DNA of 63,803 bases, counting the filler, from Choristocarpus tenellus KU-1152 (taxonomy: Eukaryota; Protista; Phaeophyceae): NCBI GenBank assembly GCA_964200185.2. It is 10 parts of 10 records of this genome, joined end to end, with 100 filler letters (N's around TTAATTAATTAA, not from the genome) between each part and the next. Parts side by side here need not be neighbours in the genome. Positions count along the whole stretch, not along the records: positions 13,196 to 32,263 come from CAXNAD020000492.1; 9 more parts are not named here. One strand, 5' to 3'. The notes under the pieces were generated by a model. It was not told where the DNA came from and did not search any database. It saw only the letters and a program-made list of their open reading frames with translations. The position numbers and the translations under genes are program-made. Shown here in pieces: positions 13,217 to 26,136 of this stretch (position 1 is the stretch's first letter; each line of letters begins with the position of its first letter).

Positions 13217-16200
13217 GTGGGAAGTCTATCTATGGGGCAAAATTCCCAGATGAGAACTTTTCGCTTGGGCACACTGGCCCTGGTGACCTCTCCATGGCCA
13301 ATGCAGGTCCCAACACAAATGGAAGCCAGGTATGCAGACCAGAGTGTATGGGGTATGTTGGGCATGAGGGTTTTGATATTGTGTATACTATCCTGTGGCT
13401 TATTGACACAAACGTCCTGCAAGCATTTATTGCTGCTTACATCGAAGTTTCGATAGTGCACTGTAGTGTGCTATTTAACAATCCGAGCAGAAGGGAATAC
13501 TATCCATCAGCTGTGATACTTCAACCCAAATAAAACGCACTTTTTTTTCTCTCTCTCTCTCTCTCTTACTTGATGGGTTGTGTTAAGGACCTCATGGAAG
13601 ACCACAATAATCTAGAAAGAAAAAATAATAATAGAGGATTTTAAAATCTGTAAAGAATTTTTACTTTTTCAAGGTTTCCCGCCAAGGTTGAGACCAACTG
13701 GTCTGCCTCCAATACATTCTCGGCCGGAATTTTCATCAAATTTTCCAGCTGATTTCAGCCCACCCGGCAGATGTCGCTACTTTTTTTTTCCAGAATTTTC
13801 AGCGTAGTTTCATTCGTTGCCCACTCCTGTTCTGCTTCAGAGGGCATTTCACCACATTCGCCTGGTGTATGTTTGGAGTGTGTTATCTTATGAAGCACTG
13901 CACACATATAAATGTGGTCCTAGGGTGCCCGTTCCTACCCCCTTTTGAAAGGTTACTTCACCCCCACTTCGTTGCCATACTGCTATGCATTCTTGAAGTA
14001 TAATATGTACTTTAAGTACGTGTGACTGTACTACTAGACCACTACATCGAATGCGCTATGTTTATACTGGCAAGATCAATCATACTTTAAATCGTTTGCC
14101 GCATCTGTAAGGATATATAGGGTTAGAGTTGTACCGACTACGAAGAGGAAATGTCCCCCAAGTCATTTAAGATAGCACCACGAGTTAGCCCGTGGTAAAC
14201 GGTTTGTGGTTGGCAAATTGTTTTGGTTTGAATCCTGAACTGCCATGTCAAAGTCGAAGACAGGGTACAAGGGAGGCAAACCCACAACAATACTGGGAAT
14301 TGTGATGTCTCTCTTCCCTTCCCACAAACAGCAGTATGCCTTCCCCTCTTGTCTTCCTTGGGCTGGACTTGCCCTAGATTCGTGTAGTATTTGCTAACCC
14401 CGCCCCCCCCACACCTGAGGTGCAATTATCCTTTGCCCCTACAAGCTCCAAAAGAAATGTATATACCCCCACATCCAAGCAAGAGAGCTCTCCCACCGAC
14501 ACTCATCCCTTGACCTTACGAAGATGAACGTTTCTTAGAGAAATTTGACTGATGTCAGGTTAACTTACGGAAACCTGTGGTAAAGACACAATGAACAAAG
14601 AACAACAAGTGTGTCTGCAGCAAGTTGAACTGGAAGGTTAGTGGTGGCGATGATGCAGGCAACCTCCCTTCACTTCTCACCAGCATTGGTATGTCTTCTC
14701 TCGGCTTACTGCATCAGGAGCCACCCCAACCCTAACACTCATGAGTGTTGCTGTATTTTCCTAAAGACCCAGACGGTTCGACAGTTTCAACAGTTTCTTC
14801 TTGAATGTTGATGTGTATAGCCCCACACAGCCTCTGCACCTCTCAACAGTGGATGCTGGACCTAACATGACAATCTACTGCTCTTGAGGGACAGTTGGTC
14901 TCCTTCATCGATTATATAGGAGGAGTAAGCCCTCCTGTTGAGAACATCTTTTTTAGGAATGATATGATAGCTTTTGGGATGGTGTTGAAAGCAAAGTAAT
15001 CTTTGTCAGTGAGCTGGTCCAGATCAAAGGGGACATGTGCTTTTCCCAGCCTTTGCGTCACCACCACCCCCTTGAGGGAGAATGTCAATTACTGAGCCAT
15101 GTATCTCCCAGCAGCTTTGGATAGGTACCATTTTGGGGGAAGTCATACACCTCGTCTGCTAGAAGTGTTACACTTTTACACAAGTGTAGTGCAGGAAAAA
15201 AAAACAAATCCGCCATCAAATTGGGCCCAGGGGTGGGGGTATTCTGTTCGCTCCATGCTTGACTCTTTGGTTGACTGTACGGAAGGTGAAGGCACTCTGT
15301 GGCCCTTGCCAACGAAGTCCCTATCAGAAGGGGATTGCCTCCGCACAACCTGGTTGAAGTCAGCCCTTCGTTTATCTCCGTCCAATTGTCCCTTGTGGAA
15401 GGATGAGTGCATGTGTTGACATTGTTGTGTTCACCTGGCAGATATCCTTCCAACTCATCAAGATCAATGTGATCTATCTTGCCGCTCTTGCACATGTGTG
15501 GGAGGCGTGGGAAAGTCAGTATGGGAAACTCTCTTGGACATGGTACTCCACCATGTCCAATACTGTGCGTATTGTTTTGTACCAAAGCGAATCGCTCTTC
15601 TCATCGAAGTTAAGCTGCTGCAGTGGGGATGACACGAGGGATGTTTGCAGTAGTGTGTGTGTGTTGCCTGAAGAGATCTTTGACATCACTGGTGTTACGG
15701 TGCTACTTATCAACAGATATCAAAAATCCCTTCATGTGCATCGCTAATGAGATCAAACCACCTTTCCCCTGCTGCACCACCTAAAACCCGCCATGAGAAC
15801 CGATTTTTCTGATCACTTGACCACACGATGAAAGTCAGTGGCCAGATCAGACACAGCCTGTGATAAAATCCACCGAGCAGATACATGTTGGTGTATATAT
15901 ATATATATATTGTATATATATTATTCTCATTACTCTTTGCACAGTAAGGAAGGTGTTATGGTAAGGGCTGCTGAGCATGTTGTGTGCATTGTTTGAGAAA
16001 CTTGGGGATTTGTTTTTTACAGTTGGCCTACCCAGATCATTGTCTTTCACAGGATGAATAAGCACTGATGACTCCAGAGGTTCAGCATGAACACCCCTGT
16101 GAAACAGGTGCTCCTGTGATGATGTCCACCCAAGTGCAGAGGACAGAACATACATGCAAGCCACTGTGTGTGATGTTGAGACTCTTTATGTTAACATCCA

Positions 16201-17069
16201 TACACGTGTTGCATTTTGTACGGCCTCTGGGTGGAGGTTTAGGAACTTGACATTTTCATTATCATTGTTAATCCACTCGTGGTCAGTCAAGGCCTTGTCA
16301 AGCTGTAAGCGGAAAGCATATACACCTGCAACATCCATTACACCAGGCCTTGAAGCATCCAAAGCACCCACACCTGTGACCACTTGCCACAAGTGGGGGC
16401 ACCAGGTTGTGCACGTGCCAGGGTAAAGAACAAAGTTCTTGTTGCTTTACAGCTGTCAAACCCTAGTGCGCCTTCAGAGTTAAATTTTATGTAATGCTCT
16501 GGGAGGCTCTATATGCCTGAGTGGTGCAGAGGGTGTGAGGCTATATAGATCCATGTATCAGAGGACATCATCGAAACCTCAAAACTGGTCCGACTGTCTA
16601 GTCGGCATGGTAGCACTCAATTGTGGTAAGGTTGGGTTAATTCCTGATGCAATAATACAAGAGAGAAAGACCCACTGATGGTGGAAAGGGAAGGTAGGCT
16701 ACCTTACCTACTGTCGCCATTTTTTGTCTAGGTTGGACTGGTTGCCAAGCGAAGAAGCTAGCTTATTTGTTGAAATAGTCATGATAGTAGTCTGCAGTCA
16801 TTTGATTACCAACAAGCTTAATGTGATCTCTATGTTTGTCCCTCTCCCCTCTGACACTCTTCCTGCCTGTCTCCCCCCTGAATTCTGGGTCTGGGCTCGC
16901 CCAGTTCTTTGTGTGCACCACAAAGACTGATTTTCTGGATGGCAGGCACGTTGTCTTTGGCAAGGTTACCGAAGGCATGGATGTGATTTCAGCCATGGAA
17001 GCAGTAGGTAGCTCCCCACATGGAACCACATCGGCCAAGGTTGTGATTGAGGACTGTGGGGAGTTGTAG
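13217..17069 (+). CDS. Cyclophilin-type peptidyl-prolyl isomerase, last two exons (13217-13329, 16905-17069); 5' part beyond the gap
   Basis: [15 protein letters not shown]...[14 protein letters not shown]|[27 protein letters not shown]...VVIEDCGEL*, split by a 3575-bp GT-AG intron. Confidence 0.95.
13580..16640 (-). mobile_element. Probable decayed transposon filling the cyclophilin intron (possibly P-like)
   Basis: Broken coding-like frames including [11 protein letters not shown], resembling the first catalytic LxxDE motif of P/THAP9 transposases. Ends are not resolved. Confidence 0.3.
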
Positions 17070-17349
17070 AAAATGCTTCTCTGACGCTATGACCCTTTTT
17101 TTATGGTGCTGTGACTTGCTTTATTCAAAGGATAGACAGGCCATTACCCTACTGTTGTGCAGGTTGATTATTGTTGTCTTGGTCATTCTATAGCTCTAGG
17201 ACGACCTGTTGTCATTCATCATTTAAGTCCGTGTATCAGATTAGATTATGTATGGTTCATACCCTGTTTGGTAAAGTTATGTGCAAAGAATTTCCCCTTT
17301 TTCCTTTGTTGCATTAAGCTGTGATGATCCAACCTGTTGACAGAGTAGT

Positions 17350-18500
17350 AAGCATCTACCAATAAATGGGGATGCTGGTCAAGCATCATCTCGTGCTCTT
17401 AACCTTCCCTTACTTATCCAACTGTTTCGCTCAAGAGTACCCAGTTTCAATGTGTTTGATGCATCGTCCTGGTACATTACTGTCTCTACTAACTCAATTT
17501 CTCCATTACCCTTCAACAACTGCACACACCATACTTGTCAACATTGCCAATATCAGGTCTGGAGAAAATCAAACACTCCCACTTCAATCCATTCAGTTTT
17601 ATCAACTACCATTTACAAGCAACACTTGCGAGTGTGTTTTGAGTTTCTCCTTGGATCCCTTCTACTTCAGGAGGTGACTACCTGAATCAACCTCTAAGAT
17701 AATGCAATTCATGTTCTTATAATCAAACATGGCCATGCCTGTTTGTGAAATCACTTGATGCTTCAAGCTACAACTGTGTGTATCATTCATGATCCAACTT
17801 TGCAAACCAAAAGTGGCAAGTCGTACCATTTAGTTGCAGTGTGGTTATTTTTTCTGTCAACCAACTCTTTCTCCCCAACCCCCGCTATATGTCCCTACTA
17901 TCTTGGTGGGCTCTGGCAACTTGTCTCGCAATCCGCTCCCCCACTGTCAGTGTTTTCCCCACCCTACAGTGTTTCATTGTCGAGAGACATACATACAGGA
18001 GTTCCCCCTGGGCAGTCATACCTTCACCCATCTTCATGTTGTGTCCACATTGTGAACCATCATTGCCATCATCCCTGAGAAGTCATTCTCAAATCTGTGT
18101 ATCCAATCGAGACAGCATCCTAGACCTTCCCACACTCCCCTGCCGCTCAGATTGCTCAATAGGGTTGCTATTCCCATCAGCCCTCAACAGTACTTGGTCA
18201 GGGTCTTCAACCATTGTTTCTCCTTATCACCTGCCAGTCTACCCACTTTTTCTGTGCCATCAATATCAGCGTACATGCACATCCTTGTAGAGAATCCCCT
18301 TCATCCCTGTTTTCCTCTAACCCTCTAGGCCCATACTCACTGTCTTTTAGACCATCCGTAGGTGATCTGCGTGCTCAGTAAGCATCAGCATCATGTTCCA
18401 ACATCAGTAGCCAACTTCCGCTATGCCAGCACGAATGGGTCGGTTCCTCTCTCTGCCTTCCACTGTCCCCAAAGACCTTGGCCTTGACCCAATGTTAGAC
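17350..18500 (-). mobile_element. Possible Ty1/copia gag-protease remnant
   Basis: Minus-strand WIMNDTHSCS...MFDY loosely resembles the copia protease WIxDSG...MFDY region. Heavily decayed. Confidence 0.3.
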
Positions 18501-18889
18501 TATTCTTTGATACAGCCACATTCAACAAGAGTTTGTGGAATCTTTACAGAGTTGCTAAAGCATCTAGTATTTTGTTTTTATTGTTGTTCGCATTACTCCC
18601 AGTGTGTGGTCAAAAGGTAGTCAAAAGAAGGCAATACATTCTTCGAGAGAAAGAAAATATCAATGAAAAAAAGGAGAAAAAAAATAGTGTAAACAAAGAG
18701 AAATTCACCTGTAAATGTACTAGCATCGAACGGCATAGGATTTCAGCAACGTTGACAAACATCGCCAGGTCTGACTTGTATAAAGTAAAGGACTAATTGT
18801 TGAAAAAATGAAAATACAATAATAAAACAGGATTTAACAGTGGTAAAGTTTACATGTGCTCTGATATGCTTGGGCTGCCTTCTTTACTA

Positions 18890-20350
18890 CTTACTCCGTT
18901 CGGAATTAAACGTAACATAATTCTTGCATGCTTCCTTCTCGCTTGGGAACGACCCACGTAATAAACCCTTTGGGCTGTCATGAATGTGGAGGATCACCAG
19001 TACAAAGTCAACCGAGCTGCATTATTTGGTGAGGCTCAAAAGCCTCATGAAAACTGCCAAAGCAGGTGTTTATTGGGATGCCTAGGATGAAGGGCCCCAG
19101 TCACTCGAGTGGCTCGCTCATCCCATTGTCGCCTGTCTGTCCCAAATTATTTGCCCCAGAAGTCTGTCCAGGGTTCAGACTCAATGCCAGGAGGTTAGAG
19201 GGTGCGAGATGACTAAGATGTTTCGGGGGACGGTGGTGGCCAATACGGAGGACTTAGGGATTTCCCAAATCACCGCGTTCCACCATCTGAAGGAATATGA
19301 GGGTCAGATTGCACGGGGTGAATGCATGGACATTGTACGATGTTGTAAGGGGCGATGTGGCTGCCATAGAATCCTTGGCGTTTGGGATGTCCCATCATCC
19401 TTCTGCAAATGGGCGACCAAAGGTTGGGTCTCCCTTGCCTCGTTGTGGGATCTGTACAAGCGCGAGAAGGTGAGGAAGGTCAAGTGGAGGATTAAGACAG
19501 CCCTCTCAGACCAGCAGAAAGTCAACAGGGTGGGTTTCGTCATCGGCCACACTCACAGGAGGGGGGGAAGTGGGGTGTTAGAGATTGATCTATATGACTG
19601 GGTGCATGTGGGTTATACATCCTCAAAGAGGAGTAAGGTGTGTAGTGTGTACCTGCACCCCACTGAGGACCCCCCCAAATCCCAATGGGCTCAGAATAAG
19701 TGTTACATTACGAAGGTGATGTTCCTTGCAGCTGTGGCTCGCCCTAGGAAGCTGTGCAACAGGGTGTGGCTTGATGGGACAATCGGTGTCTGGCCAATCG
19801 TGGACACTAAGGTCGCTTAGCGCTCCAGCAAACACCGCCCCAAAGGCATCAAGATGATTGTGCCAGCCACGGTGGACAGGGAGAGGTATAAGTTCATGAT
19901 TGAGGGCATCATCCCGGCAATCAATGTCCACATGCCTAGGCTGGAAGGACACACCACCTTCATGCAGCAGGACGGGGCAAAGTCACACACCAAGGGGGGG
20001 ACCATGGGGGCCATTGAGGAGGAGACGGGGGACAACATTGTCATAGACCTGAGATTCTTCCATTCCACCCAGCAACTGAAGGAAGACGTGGGGGTGACCA
20101 ACACAGAGGAGCTGGTGGAGGCCACAATGGAAGTGTTCGATATGTACCCCAGGACACACTAGAGTATGTCTGGCAGAGCCTTTTCACAGTCTACGGTGAA
20201 GTGCTGGAGTTCAAGGTTGATAATGTGTTCAATTCCCCATCGTAGCAAAGAAAAGGTTGAGAAAGGGTGCAAGCTCCCCCTGAATGCCCCAGTGGATGGG
20301 GTGAAATACCATGCTGGGATGGAATTTTGGAGGGCATCGGGGGCGGATCA
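18890..20350 (+). mobile_element. Second decayed DD39D-like mariner transposon
   Basis: IKTALSDQQKVNRV, YITKVMFLAAVARPR, DGTIGVWPIV, RSSKHRPKG, IIPAI, MQQDGAKSH and DLRFF motifs, with stops and frameshifts. The QPxNSPDLN segment is deleted. TIR-like TA|CTTACTCCGT at 18888-18899. Confidence 0.9.
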
Positions 20351-20600
20351 TAGATAGGTGTAGGGTGCCCCATCTTGGTCAAGATTTTGGTGGTCGACCT
20401 ATTAGTGTCTACACAATACACTCTTAAAGTATGAACATGTGAGAAAAGGTCTTGCTTCTTCATCGCGACTGCAAAATGTATATTACATTGAATTGCAAAC
20501 CATGAAGTATTTCTTCAACATCACATACATCAGGTGTTATTACAGGCGAAGAGCATGAGATTTCTTCCCGCAATCTAACAAGTGCGAGCAGTATACACAC

Positions 20601-20724
20601 GTACGGAACCTTACAAAAAGGAACTCCGATTTGCTAGAAGTTGCAGAGTAAGATTTGTAACGCGTAGGGAACCTTACAAAGAGGAACGCCGATTTGCTAG
20701 AAGTTACAGAATAAGATTTGTAAC
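20601..20724. repeat. About 63-bp tandem duplication
   Basis: gta(c/g)ggaaccttacaaa(a/g)aggaac(t/g)ccgatttgctagaagtt(g/a)caga(g/a)taagatttgtaac occurs twice. Confidence 0.9.
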
Positions 20725-20879
20725 TTGAGTATGCATGCAATGGTTTGCAGATGTCTTTAACTTCTAGATTATAGGAGACGGTGAATGATGTTAATAAAAA
20801 AAGTGTCTCATCAACCACGTCAAACACTTCTTGAAAATTGATAACAAAACATTAACTGACACCAATCAGTGGCTATCGA

Positions 20880-21058
20880 TCGAAAGAAGTATCCCTGTTC
20901 AGCTATCCAGACGTGTGTTTGACTCCCTTGACTGTTGGTGTATCGTGGGAGGCTTGTACGAACATTTGCATCGTTTATTGACCTGTGGATTGGAGTTATA
21001 TATCCTGTGGAGGTGAGCTTCTGGAGTGTGTTGTAACATGGAGGTCCTACCGAGACTC
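20880..21058 (+). mobile_element. LTR retrotransposon 5' LTR end (...TGTAACA) plus primer-binding site complementary to tRNA-Gln
   Basis: TGGAGGTCCTACCGAGACTC (21039-21058) follows CA directly. Its reverse complement GAGTCTCGGTAGGACCTCCA fits a eukaryotic tRNA-Gln 3' end. LTR start is approximate. Confidence 0.7.
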
Positions 21059-21733
21059 TGTAACAGTGTTGCAGCTTACTTGGAATGCCACTAATTCATG
21101 AACCTTGGTGTGCCGTCAACCACACACACTCATACCATCTGCGTTGGTTTGTTGACCTTGTCTCCTATCCCTCAACCATGATCTCAAACTTTTCAAGGTC
21201 ATCTTGCAGGCACACCCATCAGTTCTACTGTCGACCTTCCTTCCGTATTTCATATTCATGCTCCCCAAACATCAAAAATCTTGGACGTCACTCCTCCCCC
21301 GATCATGCAACTACTGGCCCTGAACAGGAGTCTCTCTCTGCCCTGTAATCAGGAGACTCATGCCCTCTCTGTCCAAAAAATCGATTTAGAGGTGATGGAA
21401 GGGGATTTCTGATATACTTCATTGCATGTGCAACTACAACACAGGAGAAGAATTCACTAATAGCTATGAGGGTGGGAGAAAATTGCTATGAGAAGTCCGA
21501 AAGACAGCTGGTTCTTGGTTATGACTGCGTACTCCCAACCCTCGTGTAGTTGCACAAGACATGAATTCCACTACAATCCCCCTTCCGCTCAACAATAAAT
21601 GGTTCAAACTTCGTTGGAAGTTCCATCAGCTTGATATGTCCCGTTCTACTTCGGAACAAATCCCACTCTAGCCCTTCAACATCGACCTCCTTGTCTGATA
21701 TGGCCCTTATTCTAGCAGTCATTTATTCTCAAC

Positions 21734-22257
21734 GAGTGAAAGTATCTTAGAGGGTACGAGTTTTGCCCTGTTTGTTCTTTTTGGGGCTTGGCTTCCCATG
21801 GATATTTTTATGACATCTTACGTACTCCAAAATGTTTCGGAGAAGGTAAATGTGTACGTTATGAAAAGGTGTGTCCGGAACAAGGATATTGACACTACTT
21901 CCTAACAAACACGATAGCCAAAATTGCAGAGTGAAAGTATCTTAGAGGGTACGAGTTTTGCCCTGTTGTTCATTTGGGACTTGGTTCCCCACGGGGTTTT
22001 AATGACATTTTACCTACTCCAAAATGTTTTGGAGTAGGTAAAATGTATACGCTATGAAAAGGTGTGTCCGGAACAAAGATATTGATATTTCCTAAGAAAA
22101 ACGATAACCTAAGTTACATCAAAATTGTAACATTGGATTTTGACCTCCAAATGGACGCGGCCCACCCTCTAAGATAATTTGACTCTGCATCGAAATTGCA
22201 AAGTTGGATTTTGGTCCCCAAATGGACGTGGCTCAACCCTTTAAGATACTTTGACTC
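21734..22257 (+). mobile_element. MITE family A, outer copy carrying a nested family A copy (21929-22185)
   Basis: TIRs GAGTGAAAGTATCTTAGAGGGT / ACCCTCTAAGATACTTTGACTC-like. The inner copy is flanked by a TGCA duplication (21925-21928, 22186-22189). Confidence 0.92.
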
Positions 22258-24008
22258 CATTATATTTTACGCTGTTGCTCCCAAACCCCGTATGCCAAGG
22301 GAGCTCTGCCCTATCCCTGCGTGAGCAAGTTCCTCTTGTCGCTCCATCCTTGTTTGCCCATTTTCTTCACACTTGCTCCAATCCCCCAGGTAAGGGGCGA
22401 ATCAACTCAAGTGTTGAATTGAGTGCTTTCATACTATTGGACTAGACCTATTGTAAGTTTATTTATTGTGTGAATTACTGAATGCCCAGTGTTTCTCCAG
22501 TGATGACAGGACTGCTGGTTGATGTTAGAGCAAATGTTTGGGGGACGGTCAGAGCTCAGTCTCTTGTCAGACACACTGGCGTTATTATCCATAGATTTTT
22601 TAGGTAGTTACAGAACCAACTCATTTTATAATAATCTGAAAGGTTTGGTGAGTACGATGATGTGGTAGCTATCGCTGGATGCGTATCACACTCCTTCCGT
22701 TCTATCTATAATTTATTATTCTGGAAAAAGATGAAGTACACAAACTCGCTTAGAAAAGGTCATTGTTGTGACTACCATCGCTAGAATCGAATCTATCAAT
22801 ATTTGTAACTGTTGATGGATGCCCCCCCTTTCCTTCTACCCGTAGTCCAACCAATTTTTGTCAAAACATTATTGAGGGGATGATTGTCCCAGTGTGTGAT
22901 TTGTTTTCATGGTATCTGGCGGGTTCCTGCTCTGTGATGCTTTCATTATTAGTTTAGAGCTCCCTGTTACCACATGGAAGGGTCAAGGTTACGCACAGAC
23001 CCTACAAAGTATTACCTTTCCCACGTACATCTGATACAATTCCTTGAAAATGTATGTTATCGCACAGGCATTTAAGGAATACATTATTGACAGGACACAA
23101 AGATCTGACTACCGGAATACAGCAATTTTGATTGCAGTGCTGTTTCTTCCTCCCTTTAGTAGGAGAGTTGATGGTGGTCCGTTCACGGATTCTGCGCCAT
23201 TCTCATTTTCACACTCTGATGGTGTTGATATAGGTGACCAAGTTTTTAAATGCTGGCGTGCTTGACCAGGCTTGAAAGGAAACGGATAAGACTCTCTAAA
23301 GTGGAACAAAAGGGTGTGAGAATCTGTGCCTGTGTATTATCTTGGCTTCAGGAGAGAACAAAAGGGGGAAACCTGTGTGCCCCGTGCCCTTGTCTACATT
23401 GAATCAAACTCTATCTGAACACCATCTGTATGTGTGATGATCAAATAGTCCAATGCTAGGCAGAGGAATGCACTTCATCATGAGCTGGAGGGAATAAGAA
23501 AGATGAGGGAATAGAGACTGTTTTGGGTGGTCAGCAGCATGGACTACCCAATTTGATGCTCGTTGAATAAAAGGGTTTGCAAAGGTGCTACAACCCTTGC
23601 CAACCCTCACTCAAAATGGCCTTTCCCAGATCAAATCAAAGGAGATGAAGTCCGCCCCCATTTTGACCTACCATATATAACACGAGGTCTGACCACATTC
23701 TGGTTGATCTTTTTCAAAACACCTTTTCATTAACCTTTTTCAACATACCTTTAGGGGGGTGCAGATAATTATATTTTGGGGGGTTTGCAAAAGGTAATTT
23801 GTTGCACCTTTTGCAAACTAAAAAAAAAATCAACCTTCCGCAGACTCCCCTCAAATAATAGGTGCCCGAATGTGGGGAGGTCCGTCCACCTGTGCTGTAC
23901 TGCTCCAGTTGAGCCTTGCTTTTCAAGCGTTGGGTTCAGCTATCTCAGTGGTCATCGCTCAACCTCCTCCCTTGGACATGGTAGGCATTAGAGCCTAGTC
24001 ACCTGGTT

Positions 24009-24075
24009 CTTGGTGACCCATATTATCCTAGAGGGTGGGTCAAACGCCCTTTGGGACCTGTGTGACCCTGTAGTG
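24009..24075 (+). repeat. Dispersed repeat, second copy at about 30018-30085
   Basis: tggtg(a/g)cccata(t/g)tatcctagaggg...gtgaccctgt(a/g)gtg is shared between the two loci. Confidence 0.6.
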
Positions 24076-25139
24076 TTGGGTAGTCCATGGTACATTCAAA
24101 TAAAGGGATTCTGAGGAGGCTTGTCACCTTGTGAAGAAGGGTTTTGTGGATGTTTTAACTCTATATATATAGCATTCAGTTGTGTATCAGGTACTGCTAG
24201 TGCAGAGTGAGTTCGGTGTCTGAGAGGAGGCAAGACCAACCAAAGAATAAACAAGAAACATGTATGAGACACAGCAAGTGGTTCTGTGTGAAGATAAAAA
24301 AGAAAGACACAAACTTTAATCAAAATTCTGAGACAATTCACCTGGCACATGCTACTTGTATGCTTGAGAGATGTCGACCATTTCATCTTTCATTGCAACG
24401 AACCATGGAAATGCAACGGCAATGCAATGTAAAAGGTGAGTAACGACCAGTCAGTACTGGTGTGCGAATCAACAGTCAGTATGAACTGGTAGTTCTGTAT
24501 AGTAACACACGAGATGAGTACCTATTTTTCAACAAAACCACGGCTTCAGGGTATCCTTCTACGACCTCGAATCTGTGTAAGAGAGTGCAGGTCGCCTTAC
24601 TGTCTCCACTGGTTTGCATCAATGACCCGCACTCGAGATCACGGCTTCAGGGTCTCTCTTTTCGATCTTGAGGCGTGAAAAAGAGTGCAGTTTGGCTTGC
24701 TGTGAGCATTGGGTCGTATTTATGTCCTCAAACTGATTTAGGCTCCTTGAGCTCCTCGAATTTGCACAGGTGGTACCTGTGCAAAATAGGACAATAGTGA
24801 TGTGTACCTTATTTTGTGTGTGAGAGATTATGGCATTTTGATTGAGTCCATGTGATGCAACTAATTAGATAGTACGTCCCGATTATGAATGAGGGTTATG
24901 TATCGGTTTGGTTCTGCATTCGACTACTCTGACATAACCATTGAGTTATGTATGAGGCACAAAATAATAATGAAACAAGCAATAAGAAGACACCCCACAA
25001 AGGTCACTCTTCTAATTTCATCCATCTTTCTTTTCACGTTCAGCAAAAGAGGCCGTGTGAGGCTCCACGCCTTCTTATCTTCACTACTGATGAATAGCAA
25101 TACTTTCCAAGGTAGATTTGCACACTACTAACACAAGAT

Positions 25140-25820
25140 GTGCTTTGCCTGTGGCCCATAGGTGTGGCACGAGGCGAAAGGATAGAAACCAGATTCTTGG
25201 ACTGAGTACCATGAGAAAGAGATGGAAGGAGGGGAGGACAAGTCACTTGTTCCAATCTTGGGAATAGCAAAGAGAAGAGCACACTAAAAATGGAAGTATG
25301 AAGGGGAGGCGATTGTTACATAAGGATGAGTGGGCCACAAAACCCTACTGGATTTAGTTGTCACAGGGGGAGAGTCTATCTCAGCTGACAGTACCTAATT
25401 TCTAGGTGACAGTAAGACAATATTTTGTGTATGTTGTGTTTGTGTTTATAGATCTGAAGGGGGAGAGTGTTCCTATGGCAGTACCCTATTTCGATATTGT
25501 TGCGATATTGTGTCTGCATTCGTTCGTTTTTACAGTTCTGAAGGGGGAGAGAGTCCTTCCATCTCAGTAATCTACTTCTTGTTATTATGAGACATTGCTG
25601 TATATATTTGTTTATGTGCATTGTTCTTATGGAGATCTTTCTATGGCGATACCCCAATCCTTGGTTCATGTGATTTTGTGTCTGTATCTAATTTTGTCTG
25701 TGGTTTTGAAAGGAGGAGAGTCCTATTATGGCAGTTCCCTACTTTGACATGAGTGTGAGACTCTGGTGTAGGAGATTTTCTCTTGAACGTTAAGTCAAAT
25801 GCACAGTGAGTGCCATCACA
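25140..25820 (+). mobile_element. Possible 3' end of an LTR retrotransposon (PPT plus LTR)
   Basis: Purine tract gaaggggaggcg followed by TGTTACA at 25314, with a candidate end ...CATCACA at 25820. Weak chromodomain-like W..KG..PDSW upstream. Confidence 0.4.
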
Positions 25821-25875
25821 TGCGAGTGTGACACCCGCATATTTGTTGCAGAGGAGCACTACAGAATGTTACATA

Positions 25876-26136
25876 GAGCCAAAGAAAACGAGAGGTGTCC
25901 GAGTTTTAGTCGTTTTGCATTTAAAGTCCGTTTTTCAATTTTTACCATTCACCCATATTTCTATGAGTGAAGTTCTACGTTTGATTTAAGAGCGTTTATT
26001 TCTCTATTGTTTGAAACGTTTCCGACACAATTCAGAAAATGGCTTAATACACATTTGGGAAAAACACTCGAATTTTACCTATGTTTGAAAGCATCATTAA
26101 AATACAACTCTGGGCACCTCCCGTTTACTTTGACTC
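25876..26136. mobile_element. MITE family C
   Basis: Imperfect TIRs GAGCCAAAGAAAACGAGAGGTGTCC / GGGCACCTCCCGTTTACTTTGACTC around an AT-rich non-coding interior. No clear TSD. Confidence 0.8.

Noticed and set aside
23714-23926. Helitron-like CxxC...KLPF motif
   Set aside because: A single weak motif with no Rep or helicase motifs nearby.
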